A stretch of 64,000 nucleotides of DNA from an uncultured Roseburia sp. (GCA_900542495.1 UQNW01000002.1:159469-223468), one strand, 5' to 3'. Shown: positions 48,723 through 59,351, counted from the stretch's first letter. The notes: generated by a model from the sequence alone, not told the origin. Numbers and translations: made by a program.

Positions 48723-49526
48723 TTATAAGCATAGTGATTTTATATCTTTTATAAGATTTTCAAGCTGTACCCCAAGGCTGCAGTCGAATACTCCGGAGTC
48801 CGTCTCGATCACACAGGAATTGCCGTCCATAGAGGAATCTGCCACAATCTCGATCCCAATGCCGCTTCCTACGCGTTCAATGATCTCCTCTTTGTGGTTC
48901 TCTAAAAACTTCACATTGCTTCCTGCAACTTTGATACGAAACTCCTTGTCTCCTTCGATATTCAGGATTGCATCCTCAATGAGATACATCAAAATATGCT
49001 TTTTATTATCAAACTGAATATGGAACACTTTGTTGAAGACCTCTAAGATCACATCCACAAGGTCTTTTTCCATATTTTTCTGTTTTTCCCGAAACTCTGT
49101 CTGAAGCATTTCCTGCTGATTTTGAAATTCACTCTGCAGTTTGTCGCGTTTCGCACTAAATTCTGCTTCCAGACTCTGTCTGCCTTCCTGATAGCCAGCG
49201 TTTTTTGCTTCTTCCCTGACTTGTTCGGCATCCTGCTTCGCCTGTTGTAAAATTGCATCTGCCTGTGCCTGCGCGTCCGCTAAAATCTTTTCTGCTTCTT
49301 TTCTCGCTTCTTCTGTATGGTCAATCTCCTCCACATAATCAGTGTCCGGGCCGACGATTCCGGCTGCGAAGCCGTCCTCATCCACCTTCTTCTGTTCTAT
49401 GTTGTGGAGCTTTGCCATTTGTTCTAAACGTTTTTCTACAATATCATTGGAATTAATGATACGTTTTTTATCCGGCTCATTGTGCACGAAATATTGTTTA
49501 TAAAGATTAGGCAATAATCTCGTCAC
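48723..49526 (-). CDS. fliH: Flagellar assembly protein FliH
   Basis: Coiled-coil E/K/A/Q-rich middle region and a FliH C-terminal domain. Lies between fliG and fliI. Overlaps the fliG 3' end by 20 nt, so the true start may be internal. Confidence 0.7.
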   Translation of the reverse strand: MTRLLPNLYKQYFVHNEPDKKRIINSNDIVEKRLEQMAKLHNIEQKKVDEDGFAAGIVGPDTDYVEEIDHTEEARKEAEKILADAQAQADAILQQAKQDAEQVREEAKNAGYQEGRQSLEAEFSAKRDKLQSEFQNQQEMLQTEFREKQKNMEKDLVDVILEVFNKVFHIQFDNKKHILMYLIEDAILNIEGDKEFRIKVAGSNVKFLENHKEEIIERVGSGIGIEIVADSSMDGNSCVIETDSGVFDCSLGVQLENLIKDIKSLCL

Positions 49527-50514
49527 CTCCGCCTCTTGAAATTACGATCTCTCCTGCATCTTCAAGCTTACGGATCACGCTGACGATCTTCTGCTGTGCT
49601 TCCTCAACATCCTTCATACGAACAGGTCCCATGAATTCCATATCCTCTTTGATCATGGCAGCCAAACGTTTTGACAGGTTGTTAAAGATTGCATTCTGAA
49701 CATCTTCGTTTGCACCCTTCAATGCAATTCCAAGATCTGAGTTTTCAACATCACGAAGAACACGCTGGATTGCTCTGTCGTCAAGAAGAAGGATATCCTC
49801 AAATACGAACATCTTCTTACGGATCTCATCTGCAAGTTCTGGCTCTTCAATCTCAAGAGATTCCATAATATGTTTCTCTGTAGAACGGTCTACTGTATTC
49901 AAAATATTTACGATTGCATCGACACCACCAACGATCGTGTAATCCTGGTTGACCAGAGAAGAAAGTCTTCTTTCTAACACTCGCTCCACCTCTTTGATGA
50001 CATCCGGTGATGTACGATCCATCATTGCGATTCTCTTGGCAACATCCGCCTGTTTTTCCGGTGGAAGTGCTCCTAATACCATTGCCGCCTGTGATGCGGT
50101 CAGATAGGATAAGATCATTGCAATGGTCTGTGGATGTTCATCCTGGATAAAGTTCAAAAGCTGGCTTGGATCTGTCTTACGCACAAACTCGAATGGGCGA
50201 ACCTGCAAGGAAGCAGTCAGCTTGGAAATTACCTCCTGCGCTTTCTCCTGTCCTAATGCCTTGTCTAAAAGTTCTTTTGCATATCCGATACCGCCCTCTG
50301 CGATGTACTGCTGTGCCAGACATACCTGGTAAAATTCGTTTAATATATCTTCTTTTACCTGTGGAGATACGCTTCTTGTATTGGCGATCTCCAAAGTCAG
50401 TTCTTCTATTTCTTCTTCTTTCAGATGTTTAAAAATATCTGCGGAACGTTCAGGTCCTAAGGTGATCAGCAAAATTGCCGCCTTCTGAACGCCATTGTAA
50501 TCTGCGGTTGCCAT
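49507..50514 (-). CDS. fliG: Flagellar motor switch protein FliG
   Basis: 335 aa. The torque-generation helix region with charged residues is conserved. Confidence 0.9.
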   Translation of the reverse strand: MATADYNGVQKAAILLITLGPERSADIFKHLKEEEIEELTLEIANTRSVSPQVKEDILNEFYQVCLAQQYIAEGGIGYAKELLDKALGQEKAQEVISKLTASLQVRPFEFVRKTDPSQLLNFIQDEHPQTIAMILSYLTASQAAMVLGALPPEKQADVAKRIAMMDRTSPDVIKEVERVLERRLSSLVNQDYTIVGGVDAIVNILNTVDRSTEKHIMESLEIEEPELADEIRKKMFVFEDILLLDDRAIQRVLRDVENSDLGIALKGANEDVQNAIFNNLSKRLAAMIKEDMEFMGPVRMKDVEEAQQKIVSVIRKLEDAGEIVISRGGGDEIIA

Positions 50515-50517
50515 ATT

Positions 50518-52122
50518 CTACTCCCACTCCTCATTCAGCCAGTTTCTAAGCAAAGAAGCCGCTGCTTCCGGATTTTCTTCCACGAATTTTTCAATCAGTA
50601 TTCTTGTCTCGGACTTCTCATTAAATCCGATATCCTGCAATGCGTCTGCTGATTCCTTTGTAGATTCAAGCAGGGATTCCACGGAAAGCTCTGGTTCCGG
50701 CTCCACCACTTTTTCTTTTCTTGTACTGCGGAATACTACATAACCCAACAGTGCAAAGATCAATACTGCAAGGATGATCTGTAAGTAATCTGATATTGTA
50801 CGTGAGCTTCCCTTGCTGTACTGGAACATTGGCTGATTGTATGCAATGATCGTAATGTTGCTCTCCGGAACACCTGTTGCATTTGAAATCAATGTGTAAA
50901 GATCCTGGTCTACTGTTGTCTTGACCGGTTCACTGTTTGCTGCCACATACTCGTCAAAGGTCATGTTGTCGAGTTCTCCGGCTGCACGCAGTGTATCTTC
51001 ATCATAAATCACATAATTAGTCGCTACCGCGGAAATGGAAGATCCGTCATAATTAACGGTTCCAACCGCCGGTGTTGTGGTCGTGATCTTCTCGTTATTC
51101 TGGTAATTTGTATTCGTCTCAGACACACTGGAACTTGTGTAATCATTATCTTCCAATACATAAGACGTATCATCGTCATTGGAATCGGTTCCCGGTGTTG
51201 CCGCTGCTCCACCGACTGCATTCGATTCATATTCACTCTTTGATCCCACCATACCGTTTGTCTGTCCATCCGGCGCATAATACTCATGTGTGGATTCTGT
51301 GGTCTGGTCAAAGTTCATCGCAAGATTCAGGCCGACCTCCACATTATCAAAAAGTTCAGATCCAACAAGGACATCTTTTACCTGTCCTTTTACCTGATTC
51401 TCTGCTTTTGTCTTTAATGATAACTGTGTATTGGCATTTCCGGTTACCGATGTCTCATCCTCACCCGAATAGAGAACATTCATAGCACTGTCTAAAATCC
51501 GCACATTTTTCGTGTCATCATTTCCAACGTTCGCTGCAAGATATTTTGCAAGTCCGGCTGCCTGTTCCTCATCCATTGTTCCGTTCAACGTCAGAATAAC
51601 TGTGACATAAGCCTGCTCGCCTTTTGAGAGAATGGTTCCGTCCTCATCCGGCAGGTCTAAAGTCACTGCCGCTGCCTCTACATTCGAAAACGTCTCTAAC
51701 TTCTCAGCATAGTATTCTTCCAGATATAACTTGTATTTCTTTGTCTTATCCGCCTCTGTGGAACTGAAACCGCCGTCAAACACATCGCTTAAGTTTGTAC
51801 CGCTTGTTGGAATATCATTCGTTCCAAGTACAATCGAAGCGTTGGCATAATCTTTTTCGTTTACCTTAAAAGCAAGTCCGTCGGTTGAAAGCTCATAAGA
51901 GATTCCTTCCGAATCAAGAATGCTCTTGACCTGTCCCGATTCCGCTGTTGTCTCGCAGGTAACTAATGTTACCATGTTCGGTTTGGAAACGACCGCCGCT
52001 AAAATTGCAAGTGCTACAAGCACGACCGCAACAATACTGATCAGCAGCGTTTTCTGCTTTGTGTTGAATTTTTTCCACCATTCAAGAATTTTATCTAAAA
52101 CCTTTTGTACCTGTTCCGGCAT
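50518..52122 (-). CDS. fliF: Flagellar MS-ring protein FliF
   Basis: 534 aa with N-terminal and C-terminal TM segments around a large periplasmic region. The C-terminal FliG-binding tail ends LRNWLNEEWE. Confidence 0.9.
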   Translation of the reverse strand: MPEQVQKVLDKILEWWKKFNTKQKTLLISIVAVVLVALAILAAVVSKPNMVTLVTCETTAESGQVKSILDSEGISYELSTDGLAFKVNEKDYANASIVLGTNDIPTSGTNLSDVFDGGFSSTEADKTKKYKLYLEEYYAEKLETFSNVEAAAVTLDLPDEDGTILSKGEQAYVTVILTLNGTMDEEQAAGLAKYLAANVGNDDTKNVRILDSAMNVLYSGEDETSVTGNANTQLSLKTKAENQVKGQVKDVLVGSELFDNVEVGLNLAMNFDQTTESTHEYYAPDGQTNGMVGSKSEYESNAVGGAAATPGTDSNDDDTSYVLEDNDYTSSSVSETNTNYQNNEKITTTTPAVGTVNYDGSSISAVATNYVIYDEDTLRAAGELDNMTFDEYVAANSEPVKTTVDQDLYTLISNATGVPESNITIIAYNQPMFQYSKGSSRTISDYLQIILAVLIFALLGYVVFRSTRKEKVVEPEPELSVESLLESTKESADALQDIGFNEKSETRILIEKFVEENPEAAASLLRNWLNEEWE

Positions 52123-52140
52123 TTTCTCTAACCTCGTTCA

Positions 52141-52452
52141 CTAAATTTGCATATTCATGATTTCTTTGTATGCATCTATGATCTTATCTCTTACTGCAAC
52201 TGTATACTGGATCGCAGTGAGTGCTTTGGTCTGTGCCGTTGTCAGATCATGTGTATTCTCTGCCTGTCCTAATGCAAAACGGATTGCCTCCGACTGTGCA
52301 TTGTTCTGAAGATCATTCGTCTCTGAAACCATATTCATTGCAGAAGAAAGTACAGAGCTGAAGGAATCATCCTCTGTTGCCACAAGCTGGTTCTTCTGTG
52401 CGATCTGATTCAGATAATCCGAACTAATATTTGTCAAAGAACTGATGTCCAT
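52141..52452 (-). CDS. fliE: Flagellar hook-basal body protein FliE
   Basis: 103 aa. Position after flgC. The C-terminal region (TVAVRDKIIDAYKEIMNMQI) matches FliE. Confidence 0.8.
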   Translation of the reverse strand: MDISSLTNISSDYLNQIAQKNQLVATEDDSFSSVLSSAMNMVSETNDLQNNAQSEAIRFALGQAENTHDLTTAQTKALTAIQYTVAVRDKIIDAYKEIMNMQI

Positions 52453-52475
52453 ATGTCATACCACCTTACTTATTG

Positions 52476-52916
52476 TTATTTTCCAATGGAAAGTCCGCTC
52501 TGTGCGATTGACTTTGCTGCCTCAAACGCTGTTGTATTTGCCTCATAGGCACGGGATGCATCAATGAGGTTTGTCATCTCTGTGACAGTATTCACATTCG
52601 GATAAGAGACATAACCGTTCTCATCTGCATCCGGGTTCGATGGATCATATTCCATAATAAAATCGGTCTCTGTATCCTCACTGACAGAAGATACCTTCAC
52701 ACCATTGCCGACGAACTTTGCTCTCGCACTCTGGTAATACTGTGAAAAAGGTGTTACCTGTTTCTCCGCAAACGTTACAATCTTTCTTCTGTAAGGTGTT
52801 CCGTCTTCTGTTCTTGTTGTATTCACGTTTGCGATATTCTCTGCAATCGTATCCATGCGGAAACGCTCTGCCGTCATACCGGAAGCGCTGATATTAAAAG
52901 CCTGAAATAAAGCCAT
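52476..52916 (-). CDS. flgC: Flagellar basal-body rod protein FlgC
   Basis: MALFQAFNISASGMTAERFRMDTIAENIANVNTT rod N-terminal signature. 146 aa. Confidence 0.9.
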   Translation of the reverse strand: MALFQAFNISASGMTAERFRMDTIAENIANVNTTRTEDGTPYRRKIVTFAEKQVTPFSQYYQSARAKFVGNGVKVSSVSEDTETDFIMEYDPSNPDADENGYVSYPNVNTVTEMTNLIDASRAYEANTTAFEAAKSIAQSGLSIGK

Positions 52917-52945
52917 TTTTATCCTCCTGTAGTCTTATTCTGTCT

Positions 52946-53341
52946 TTACTTTAATACTGCCTGCATTCTTGTAAAATCAGATGTTATACTGTTTGTAAGT
53001 GCCTGATACCGGATCGTCTCCGATGCCAGTTCCACATTCTCCGTATCCGGGTCAACATTGTTCCGGTCCAGACGGTAGGAATAATTTGAAGAATCGGTAT
53101 AAGTCGATACATTCAGATCTGATAAATCTGTATTCAATGCACGTACTTTCTTATCTAATGCTGTATACTTGGAATGTCCTAATTCTCTCTGTAAAACAGA
53201 TTCAAAGTCCACTTCCTGTCTCTTATATCCCGGCGTATCTGCATTTGCCAGGTTGTTCATGATTGCTGTTTCACGAAGCCAGCTTGCATCCGCCGCTTTA
53301 TCTAACACATTAATATAGTCAAATGCGTTCGTTGTAAACAT
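52946..53341 (-). CDS. flgB: Flagellar basal-body rod protein FlgB
   Basis: Rod-family motif NNLANADTPGYKRQEV. Start set at the second ATG (53341), which has an AGGAGA RBS 6 nt upstream. Confidence 0.85.
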   Translation of the reverse strand: MFTTNAFDYINVLDKAADASWLRETAIMNNLANADTPGYKRQEVDFESVLQRELGHSKYTALDKKVRALNTDLSDLNVSTYTDSSNYSYRLDRNNVDPDTENVELASETIRYQALTNSITSDFTRMQAVLK

Positions 53342-53388
53342 ACACATTCTCCTTCCAATTTACATAATTCTACAGTGATCTAGTACTT

Positions 53389-53416
53389 ATTATAAAGAAT
53401 AAATACAAAAACACAA
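53389..53416 (-). promoter_or_regulatory. Candidate sigma-A promoter of the fla/che operon (-35 TTGTGT, 16-nt spacer, -10 TATAAT)
   Basis: Read on the minus strand within the 240-bp AT-rich codY-flgB intergenic region. -10 at 53389..53394 and -35 at 53411..53416. Confidence 0.4.
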
Positions 53417-53586
53417 GTATTTTTTTACCATTTTTGACATATATTGTAGTTTTTTGTTTTCTGCAACACCACATTATGTTTTCAACTACATATATAAGTG
53501 CATTATTTTTCCGATTTATCTGCACTGCAAGAAAAAAAAGGAATTCTATAGTCCTCTATAAAATCCCTTTTTCTTTGTAAATCCAT

Positions 53587-54369
53587 TTACTTTATATTAT
53601 TTTCTTTCTTAATATTCTCAAGTTCATCAAACACAAAATCATTCAAAACCTTAATGTAGGTTCCCTTCATACCGGAAGATCTTGACTCGATGACTCCAGC
53701 ACTCTCAAACTTACGGAGTGCATTGACGATCACGGATCTTGTAATGCCAACACGGTCTGCGATCTTGCTCGCTACAAGGATTCCTTCCTTGCCGTCCATT
53801 TCTTCAAAGATATGTGTAATGGCTTCTAACTCTGAAAACGAAAGTGTGCTGATCGCTGATTTTACGATCTGGACCTTTCTGGTCTCCTCTGCATTCTCCT
53901 CATTTACGGAACGCATCATCTCAAGTCCTACTACCGTTGTTCCATACTCACTTAAAATGATATCGTCAATATCATACGGATCATTCTCGCGGTATACGAA
54001 TAATGTTCCTAAACGTTCTCCTGCAATATCGATTGGTGTAATGATCGCAGTGTACTTTTTAATATCATTCACAAATCCCAATGTTTCAAGATTGACATTC
54101 TCTTTTGTGGAGAGGATTCCAAGCAGTCGTTCATTCAATAAAGGGTCAATAAATCCGCCGACTTCATCAACGATCAGTTCCCGGATCTCCTCGACACCGC
54201 TTGTAAGTCCGGTTCCCAATACTTTTCCTTTTTTACTGATAACTAAGATGTTGGATTTTAAAATTTCTTTCAATACATCGCAGATATCATTAAAAACTAC
54301 TTTTGATGAATTGTTGTTATGCAGCAATTTATTGATTTTTCTTGTTTTATCTAACAATTGAACGCTCAT
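53587..54369 (-). CDS. codY: GTP/BCAA-sensing global transcriptional regulator CodY
   Basis: GAF-like N-terminus. C-terminal winged HTH ASKIADRVGITRSVIVNALRKFESAGVIESRSSGMKGTYIKV, nearly identical to the CodY signature. Start at MSVQLL with a GGGAGG RBS. Confidence 0.9.
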   Translation of the reverse strand: MSVQLLDKTRKINKLLHNNNSSKVVFNDICDVLKEILKSNILVISKKGKVLGTGLTSGVEEIRELIVDEVGGFIDPLLNERLLGILSTKENVNLETLGFVNDIKKYTAIITPIDIAGERLGTLFVYRENDPYDIDDIILSEYGTTVVGLEMMRSVNEENAEETRKVQIVKSAISTLSFSELEAITHIFEEMDGKEGILVASKIADRVGITRSVIVNALRKFESAGVIESRSSGMKGTYIKVLNDFVFDELENIKKENNIK

Positions 54370-54453
54370 TTGACAGCCTCCCATGTGTTTTTGATAGTTT
54401 TTGTGACATTTTGTATTTTATCACATTTATTCAGAAAATTCAATATTTTCAAA

Positions 54454-56535
54454 TTATTCTTGAATATTTTCTTTCTTTTCTGTTACATAGCCGCACTGTT
54501 CATCTGCACAGACGATTTTGCTGCCTTTTACAACCATATAGCCGCCGCATTTCGGGCATTTTTCTTCTACCGGACGTGACCAGCTCATGAAATCACATTC
54601 CGGATTATTCTCACAGCCGTAATATTTTCTGCCCTTCTTTGTCTTTTTCAGCACGATCTCCTTGCCGCATTTCGGACATTTGATGCCGATTTTTTCGAGG
54701 TAAGGTTTTGTGTTGCGGCATTCCGGGAAGCCCGGGCATGCAAGGAACTTGCCATGTGGTCCGTATTTTACGACCATATTTCTGCCACATACATCACAGA
54801 CAACATCGGTCACTTCGTCTTCTATTTTTACTTTTTCCAGATCTTTTTCGGCAGCTTCCACTGCTTTTTCCAGATCCGGATAAAAATTTTCAACAACTGT
54901 TTTCCAGTTGACCGTTCCCTCGCCGACGCTGTCGAGCAGGTTTTCCATGTTGGCTGTGAAATGCTCATCCACTATGGAAGGGAAAGATTCTTTCATGATC
55001 TGGTTTACTACTTCCCCAAGCTCTGTCACATAAATGTTTTTATTTTCTTTTACAATATAACGTCTTGCAAGGATTGTCGTGATCGTCGGAGAATAAGTAC
55101 TCGGGCGTCCGATCCCAAGTTCCTCTAAAGTCTTTACCAGAGACGCTTCTGTATAGTGTGCCGGTGGCTGGGTAAAATGCTGTTTTTCTTCCAGCTTATC
55201 AAGAGAAAGTTCTGTATGCTCATCAATGGATTTTAACAATACATTGTTCTCTGCTTTTTCATCTTCATCACTTGTATACACAGACATGAATCCGTCGAAT
55301 GTGACTTTGGATGCAGAGACTGTGAAACGGTAATCTCCTGCCCCGATCTTTACATTTGTTGTTTCATATACCGCAGATGCCATACGGCTGGCTGCAAAAC
55401 GTTTCCAGATCAGCTGGTAAAGACGGAACTGGTCTCTGGAAAGAGAATCTTTTACCATGGCAGGAGTCCGGTTGATATCCGAAGGACGGATTGCCTCGTG
55501 CGCATCCTGAATCTTGGCACCGGATTTTTTCGAGACGGTCTGTGTTGCAAGATAGTTCTCTCCATAGTTGCTGTTGATATACTCATGTGCCTGTGCGTCT
55601 GCTTCCTCTGAGATACGGACAGAGTCAGTACGCAGGTACGTGATCAGACCAACGGTTCCCTGACCTTTCACATCCACACCTTCGTATAACTGCTGTGCGA
55701 TCCTCATGGTCTTGGAAATCGGGAAGTTTAACGCTTTAGACGCCTCCTGTTGTAAAGTACTGGTGGTAAATGGAAGCGGTGCTTTTTTCACACGCTCTCC
55801 CTTCTTCACTTCCAGCACCTGAAATTTTTCTTTTTCGATCTCTGCCATTACACGATCCATTTCTTCTCTGGAAGTAATGTTCATCTTATTCTGGCTGTCT
55901 CCGTAGAACTTTGCAAGCAGCGGTTTCTTCTCTCCGGCAACCTTAAGCTGTGCATCTAATGTCCAGTATTCTTCTGGAATAAAGGCGTTGATCTCATCTT
56001 CTCTGTCACAGATGATACGAAGTGCAACAGACTGCACACGTCCGGCACTTAAGCCGCGCTTTACTTTTGCCCAGAGTAATGGACTGATCTTGTAACCAAC
56101 CATACGGTCTAAGATTCGTCTTGCCTGCTGTGCATTCACAAGATTCATGTCAATATCACGCGGCTGCTTTAATGAGGCTTTTACTGCGCTCTGTGTGATC
56201 TCGTTGAAGCTGATACGGTTTACATCTTTTCCCTCTAACTTTAACGCCTGACTAAGATGCCAGGAAATCGCTTCTCCCTCACGGTCCGGGTCAGTTGCGA
56301 GATACACTTTATCTGCTTTTTTCACTTCTTTACGAAGCTTCGCAAGGATATCTCCTTTTCCTCGGATAGTAATGTATTTCGGTTCAAAATCATGCTCCAC
56401 ATCCACACCAAGCTGACTTTTTGGCAGATCCCGCACATGTCCGTTCGATGCTGCAACCTCATAATTTTTTCCCAGAAATTTTTTGATTGTCTTCACCTTC
56501 GCAGGTGATTCCACGATAACCAGGTACTTAGCCAT
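54454..56535 (-). CDS. topA: DNA topoisomerase I
   Basis: TOPRIM N-terminus (LVIVESPAKVKTI), the active-site Tyr region and C-terminal Zn-ribbon repeats (CPKCG...). Confidence 0.95.
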   Translation of the reverse strand: MAKYLVIVESPAKVKTIKKFLGKNYEVAASNGHVRDLPKSQLGVDVEHDFEPKYITIRGKGDILAKLRKEVKKADKVYLATDPDREGEAISWHLSQALKLEGKDVNRISFNEITQSAVKASLKQPRDIDMNLVNAQQARRILDRMVGYKISPLLWAKVKRGLSAGRVQSVALRIICDREDEINAFIPEEYWTLDAQLKVAGEKKPLLAKFYGDSQNKMNITSREEMDRVMAEIEKEKFQVLEVKKGERVKKAPLPFTTSTLQQEASKALNFPISKTMRIAQQLYEGVDVKGQGTVGLITYLRTDSVRISEEADAQAHEYINSNYGENYLATQTVSKKSGAKIQDAHEAIRPSDINRTPAMVKDSLSRDQFRLYQLIWKRFAASRMASAVYETTNVKIGAGDYRFTVSASKVTFDGFMSVYTSDEDEKAENNVLLKSIDEHTELSLDKLEEKQHFTQPPAHYTEASLVKTLEELGIGRPSTYSPTITTILARRYIVKENKNIYVTELGEVVNQIMKESFPSIVDEHFTANMENLLDSVGEGTVNWKTVVENFYPDLEKAVEAAEKDLEKVKIEDEVTDVVCDVCGRNMVVKYGPHGKFLACPGFPECRNTKPYLEKIGIKCPKCGKEIVLKKTKKGRKYYGCENNPECDFMSWSRPVEEKCPKCGGYMVVKGSKIVCADEQCGYVTEKKENIQE

Positions 56536-56554
56536 TCAAACTGTCTCCTTATTT

Positions 56555-57634
56555 TCAGATTTTGCGTATATAATAATTTTTAAAAGATTCTGTAATAAAG
56601 TCCTTCTGGATCAGTCTCTGCAAAATGTCCGCAAGCTGTGGCATGGGAAATCCTGTTTTTTTCAGAAGGTCTTCCATACTTTTCGGTCGTAAACTCAAAC
56701 AAGCATACACCAAGCTTTCATCTTTTTCAAGTAATAATTTGTTAAAATTTTCTTGAACTGCATCCACTTTCATACACAATTCAAGATCTTTTGCAAAATC
56801 TTCCACACTATTTAAAATGCCTGCACCCTGCCGGATCAGATTGTTGCACCCCTGACTTAAAGCGTCTGTGCTGCGCCCCGGAACCGCATAAATATCCTTT
56901 CCCTGCTCTAATGCAAAGTCCGCAGTGATCAAAGAACCACTCCTCTCTTTCGCCTCCACGACGACCACCACATCTGAGAGTGCCGAGATGATCCTGTTCC
57001 GTGCCGGAAATAACTGTGCAATCGGTTCTGTGTCCGGCGGATATTCCGAAATGATCCCGCCCTGCGCTAAAATGGATTCATATAATTTCTGATTTGTCCG
57101 CGGGTAGCAGACATTCACGCCACAGCCTAACACTGCAAACGTATCTCCGCCCGCCTTTAATGCCCCGATATGTCCGTATGCGTCAATCCCTCTTGCCATG
57201 CCGCTGATCACCTCTGCGCCACAGCACGCAAGCTTTTCCGCGATCCGCTCTGCCATTGTCTTTCCGTAGTCAGAACACATTCTTGCCCCGACGATTGCCA
57301 CACGCTTTTTAGAAAAATCGGGCAGTTTTCCTTTCACATACAAGCTGTAAGGTGCATCTACGATGTTGCGCAGCTGTTCCGGATATGAGTCCATTTCATA
57401 GGATAAAAATGTGGTTCCGTTTTCGCCAAGCTTCGCATATTTTTCTTCTAAATCCCAGTCCATTTTTCGTTCTGTGATTGCAAGTACCTGACGGTCTGAC
57501 AGTCCTGCCAGCTTTTCTAACTGCTCTTTTTTCAAAAAATAGATTTCTTCCGCAGAGCCAGCCTGTCCTAACAGGCGGTGGATCGTCTTACACCCGACAC
57601 CCGGAATGTTTGAAAGCCAGTACTGATATTTCAT
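56555..57634 (-). CDS. dprA: DNA processing protein DprA (Smf)
   Basis: Rossmann-like DprA core (VAIVGARMCSDYG ... VVVVEAKERSGSLITA). Start at 57634 with a GGAGGGA RBS. ATGA overlap with the comM stop. Confidence 0.85.
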   Translation of the reverse strand: MKYQYWLSNIPGVGCKTIHRLLGQAGSAEEIYFLKKEQLEKLAGLSDRQVLAITERKMDWDLEEKYAKLGENGTTFLSYEMDSYPEQLRNIVDAPYSLYVKGKLPDFSKKRVAIVGARMCSDYGKTMAERIAEKLACCGAEVISGMARGIDAYGHIGALKAGGDTFAVLGCGVNVCYPRTNQKLYESILAQGGIISEYPPDTEPIAQLFPARNRIISALSDVVVVVEAKERSGSLITADFALEQGKDIYAVPGRSTDALSQGCNNLIRQGAGILNSVEDFAKDLELCMKVDAVQENFNKLLLEKDESLVYACLSLRPKSMEDLLKKTGFPMPQLADILQRLIQKDFITESFKNYYIRKI

Positions 57635-59181
57635 AGGGAATCCCTCCAAAACCGTTTGTCAATATTGCGATAGCAGACCGCCTCATTCAAATGGGAGTCC
57701 AGAATTGCTTCGGAACCATCCATATCTGCCAGCGTCCGTGCGACTTTTAAAATTTTATGGTAGGATCTCGCCGTCAGGTTAAGCTGTTTATAGATTTTTT
57801 TCATATACTGTTCCTGATTTTTCGACAGAATACAATATTCTGCAATCCGCGACGCCGGAATCTGACTGTTATATTGAAACATTTCTTTCCGAAAACGTTC
57901 TCTCTGGATCGCATGCACCCGGATCACACGTTCCCTTATCGTATCCGAACATTCCTCTTTTTTCCTGCCGTTTAGCTCCTCAAACTGGATCTGCGGCGTC
58001 TCCACGCAGATATCTATGCGGTCTAAAAGTGGCTGGCTGACACGGTTAATATAGCGTTCAATGGAGGACGCGGTGCACCTGCACTTCTGCATGTCCGGAT
58101 AATAACCGCATTTGCACGGATTCATCGCCGCAACAAGAATAAAATCTGCCGGATATTCATACGTGCCGTTCACACGCACCAAACGCACTTCTTTTTCTTC
58201 CATTGGCTGTCTTAATATCTCGATCGTGTTCTGCTTAAATTCCGGCAGTTCATCCAAAAATAATACCCCTTTATGTGCCAATGAAATCTCTCCGGGTTTT
58301 GGGATCAGTCCGCCACCCACAAGTCCCTGCGCAGTGATCGTATGGTGCGGACACCGGAAAGGGCGTTCCTCCATTAACTGCTCCCTCAATTGAAATAGTC
58401 CTGACACACTGTAGATTTTTGAAAGTTCCATTTGCTCTTTCTCGTCTAAGGGAGGCAGGATTGTCGGAATACGCATGGCTGTCATTGTTTTTCCGGCACC
58501 CGGCGGTCCTATCATCAACAGATTGTGCATTCCGCTCACCGCTACTTCACAGGCGCGTTTCACAAAATGCTGTCCCTGGATGTCAGCAAAATCAATCTGC
58601 TTTGTCTCCTTTTTTACTGCCAGGTCTGTTTCTTTTTCAATGTATGTACCGCCGTTTAAAATATGTATCATTTCCGCAATACTTTTCACTGCAAAAATCT
58701 TCATATCTTTTACAAGAAGTGCCTCGGTCTGGTTCTCTGCCGGAATAAAACACCGCACGATTCCGCGCTCCTTTGCCTCTGCCACCATGGGTAAAATGCC
58801 ATTGACCGGTTTCACATCGCCACTTAAGCTGATCTCGCCTACTACCATGGTGTCTTTTAACGCATCTTCCGGCACGATCCCGATTGCGCAGAGCACTGCC
58901 GCGACAACCGGAAGATCAAACCCGGATCCGCTCTTTTTGATATTTGCCGGAATAAAATTAATGGTGATACGCTTTGCCGGCAGAATGTAGCCTGTATTTT
59001 TCAGTGCCGTGCGCACGCGTTCTTTGGATTCCTTCACTTCCGGGGAAAGAGAACCGACCATTTCAAAAAGCGGCATACCGTCTGACACATCTGCCTCCAC
59101 GTAAACCGGAATGCTTTTAATTCCCTGAATAATCGAAGTTGTTACTAAACTATACAATAAACCTTCCTTTCTTTTTTGCAT
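57631..59181 (-). CDS. comM: Mg-chelatase-like AAA+ ATPase YifB/ComM
   Basis: Lon-like N-domain, Walker A MIGPPGAGKTM and a C-terminal ChlI domain. Start placed at MQKRKEG (59181). The ORF track extends the ORF to 59328. Confidence 0.8.
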   Translation of the reverse strand: MQKRKEGLLYSLVTTSIIQGIKSIPVYVEADVSDGMPLFEMVGSLSPEVKESKERVRTALKNTGYILPAKRITINFIPANIKKSGSGFDLPVVAAVLCAIGIVPEDALKDTMVVGEISLSGDVKPVNGILPMVAEAKERGIVRCFIPAENQTEALLVKDMKIFAVKSIAEMIHILNGGTYIEKETDLAVKKETKQIDFADIQGQHFVKRACEVAVSGMHNLLMIGPPGAGKTMTAMRIPTILPPLDEKEQMELSKIYSVSGLFQLREQLMEERPFRCPHHTITAQGLVGGGLIPKPGEISLAHKGVLFLDELPEFKQNTIEILRQPMEEKEVRLVRVNGTYEYPADFILVAAMNPCKCGYYPDMQKCRCTASSIERYINRVSQPLLDRIDICVETPQIQFEELNGRKKEECSDTIRERVIRVHAIQRERFRKEMFQYNSQIPASRIAEYCILSKNQEQYMKKIYKQLNLTARSYHKILKVARTLADMDGSEAILDSHLNEAVCYRNIDKRFWRDSL

Positions 59182-59351
59182 AAAAAAGATGTATTCATCC
59201 TGCACGCTGGATATTCGCAGTGAACCCTGCAATGATTCTGATAAAAAAGATTTCGACATCCGGCAGAAGCCCTCATTCATCTGCCAGATGTATGTTAGTA
59301 TAGCATATTTTGAGGAATTTACAACCATATTTCTTCTATATTAATAGCTGT

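Noticed and set aside
53348-53586. Looked for a CodY box (AATTTTCWGAAAATT) and a sigma-D (TAAA-N15-GCCGATAT) promoter upstream of flgB, as known for B. subtilis fla/che
   Set aside because: The best CodY-like match (TTTTCAAC region, ~8/15) is weak and no GCCGATA element is present. Only the sigma-A-like promoter is reported.
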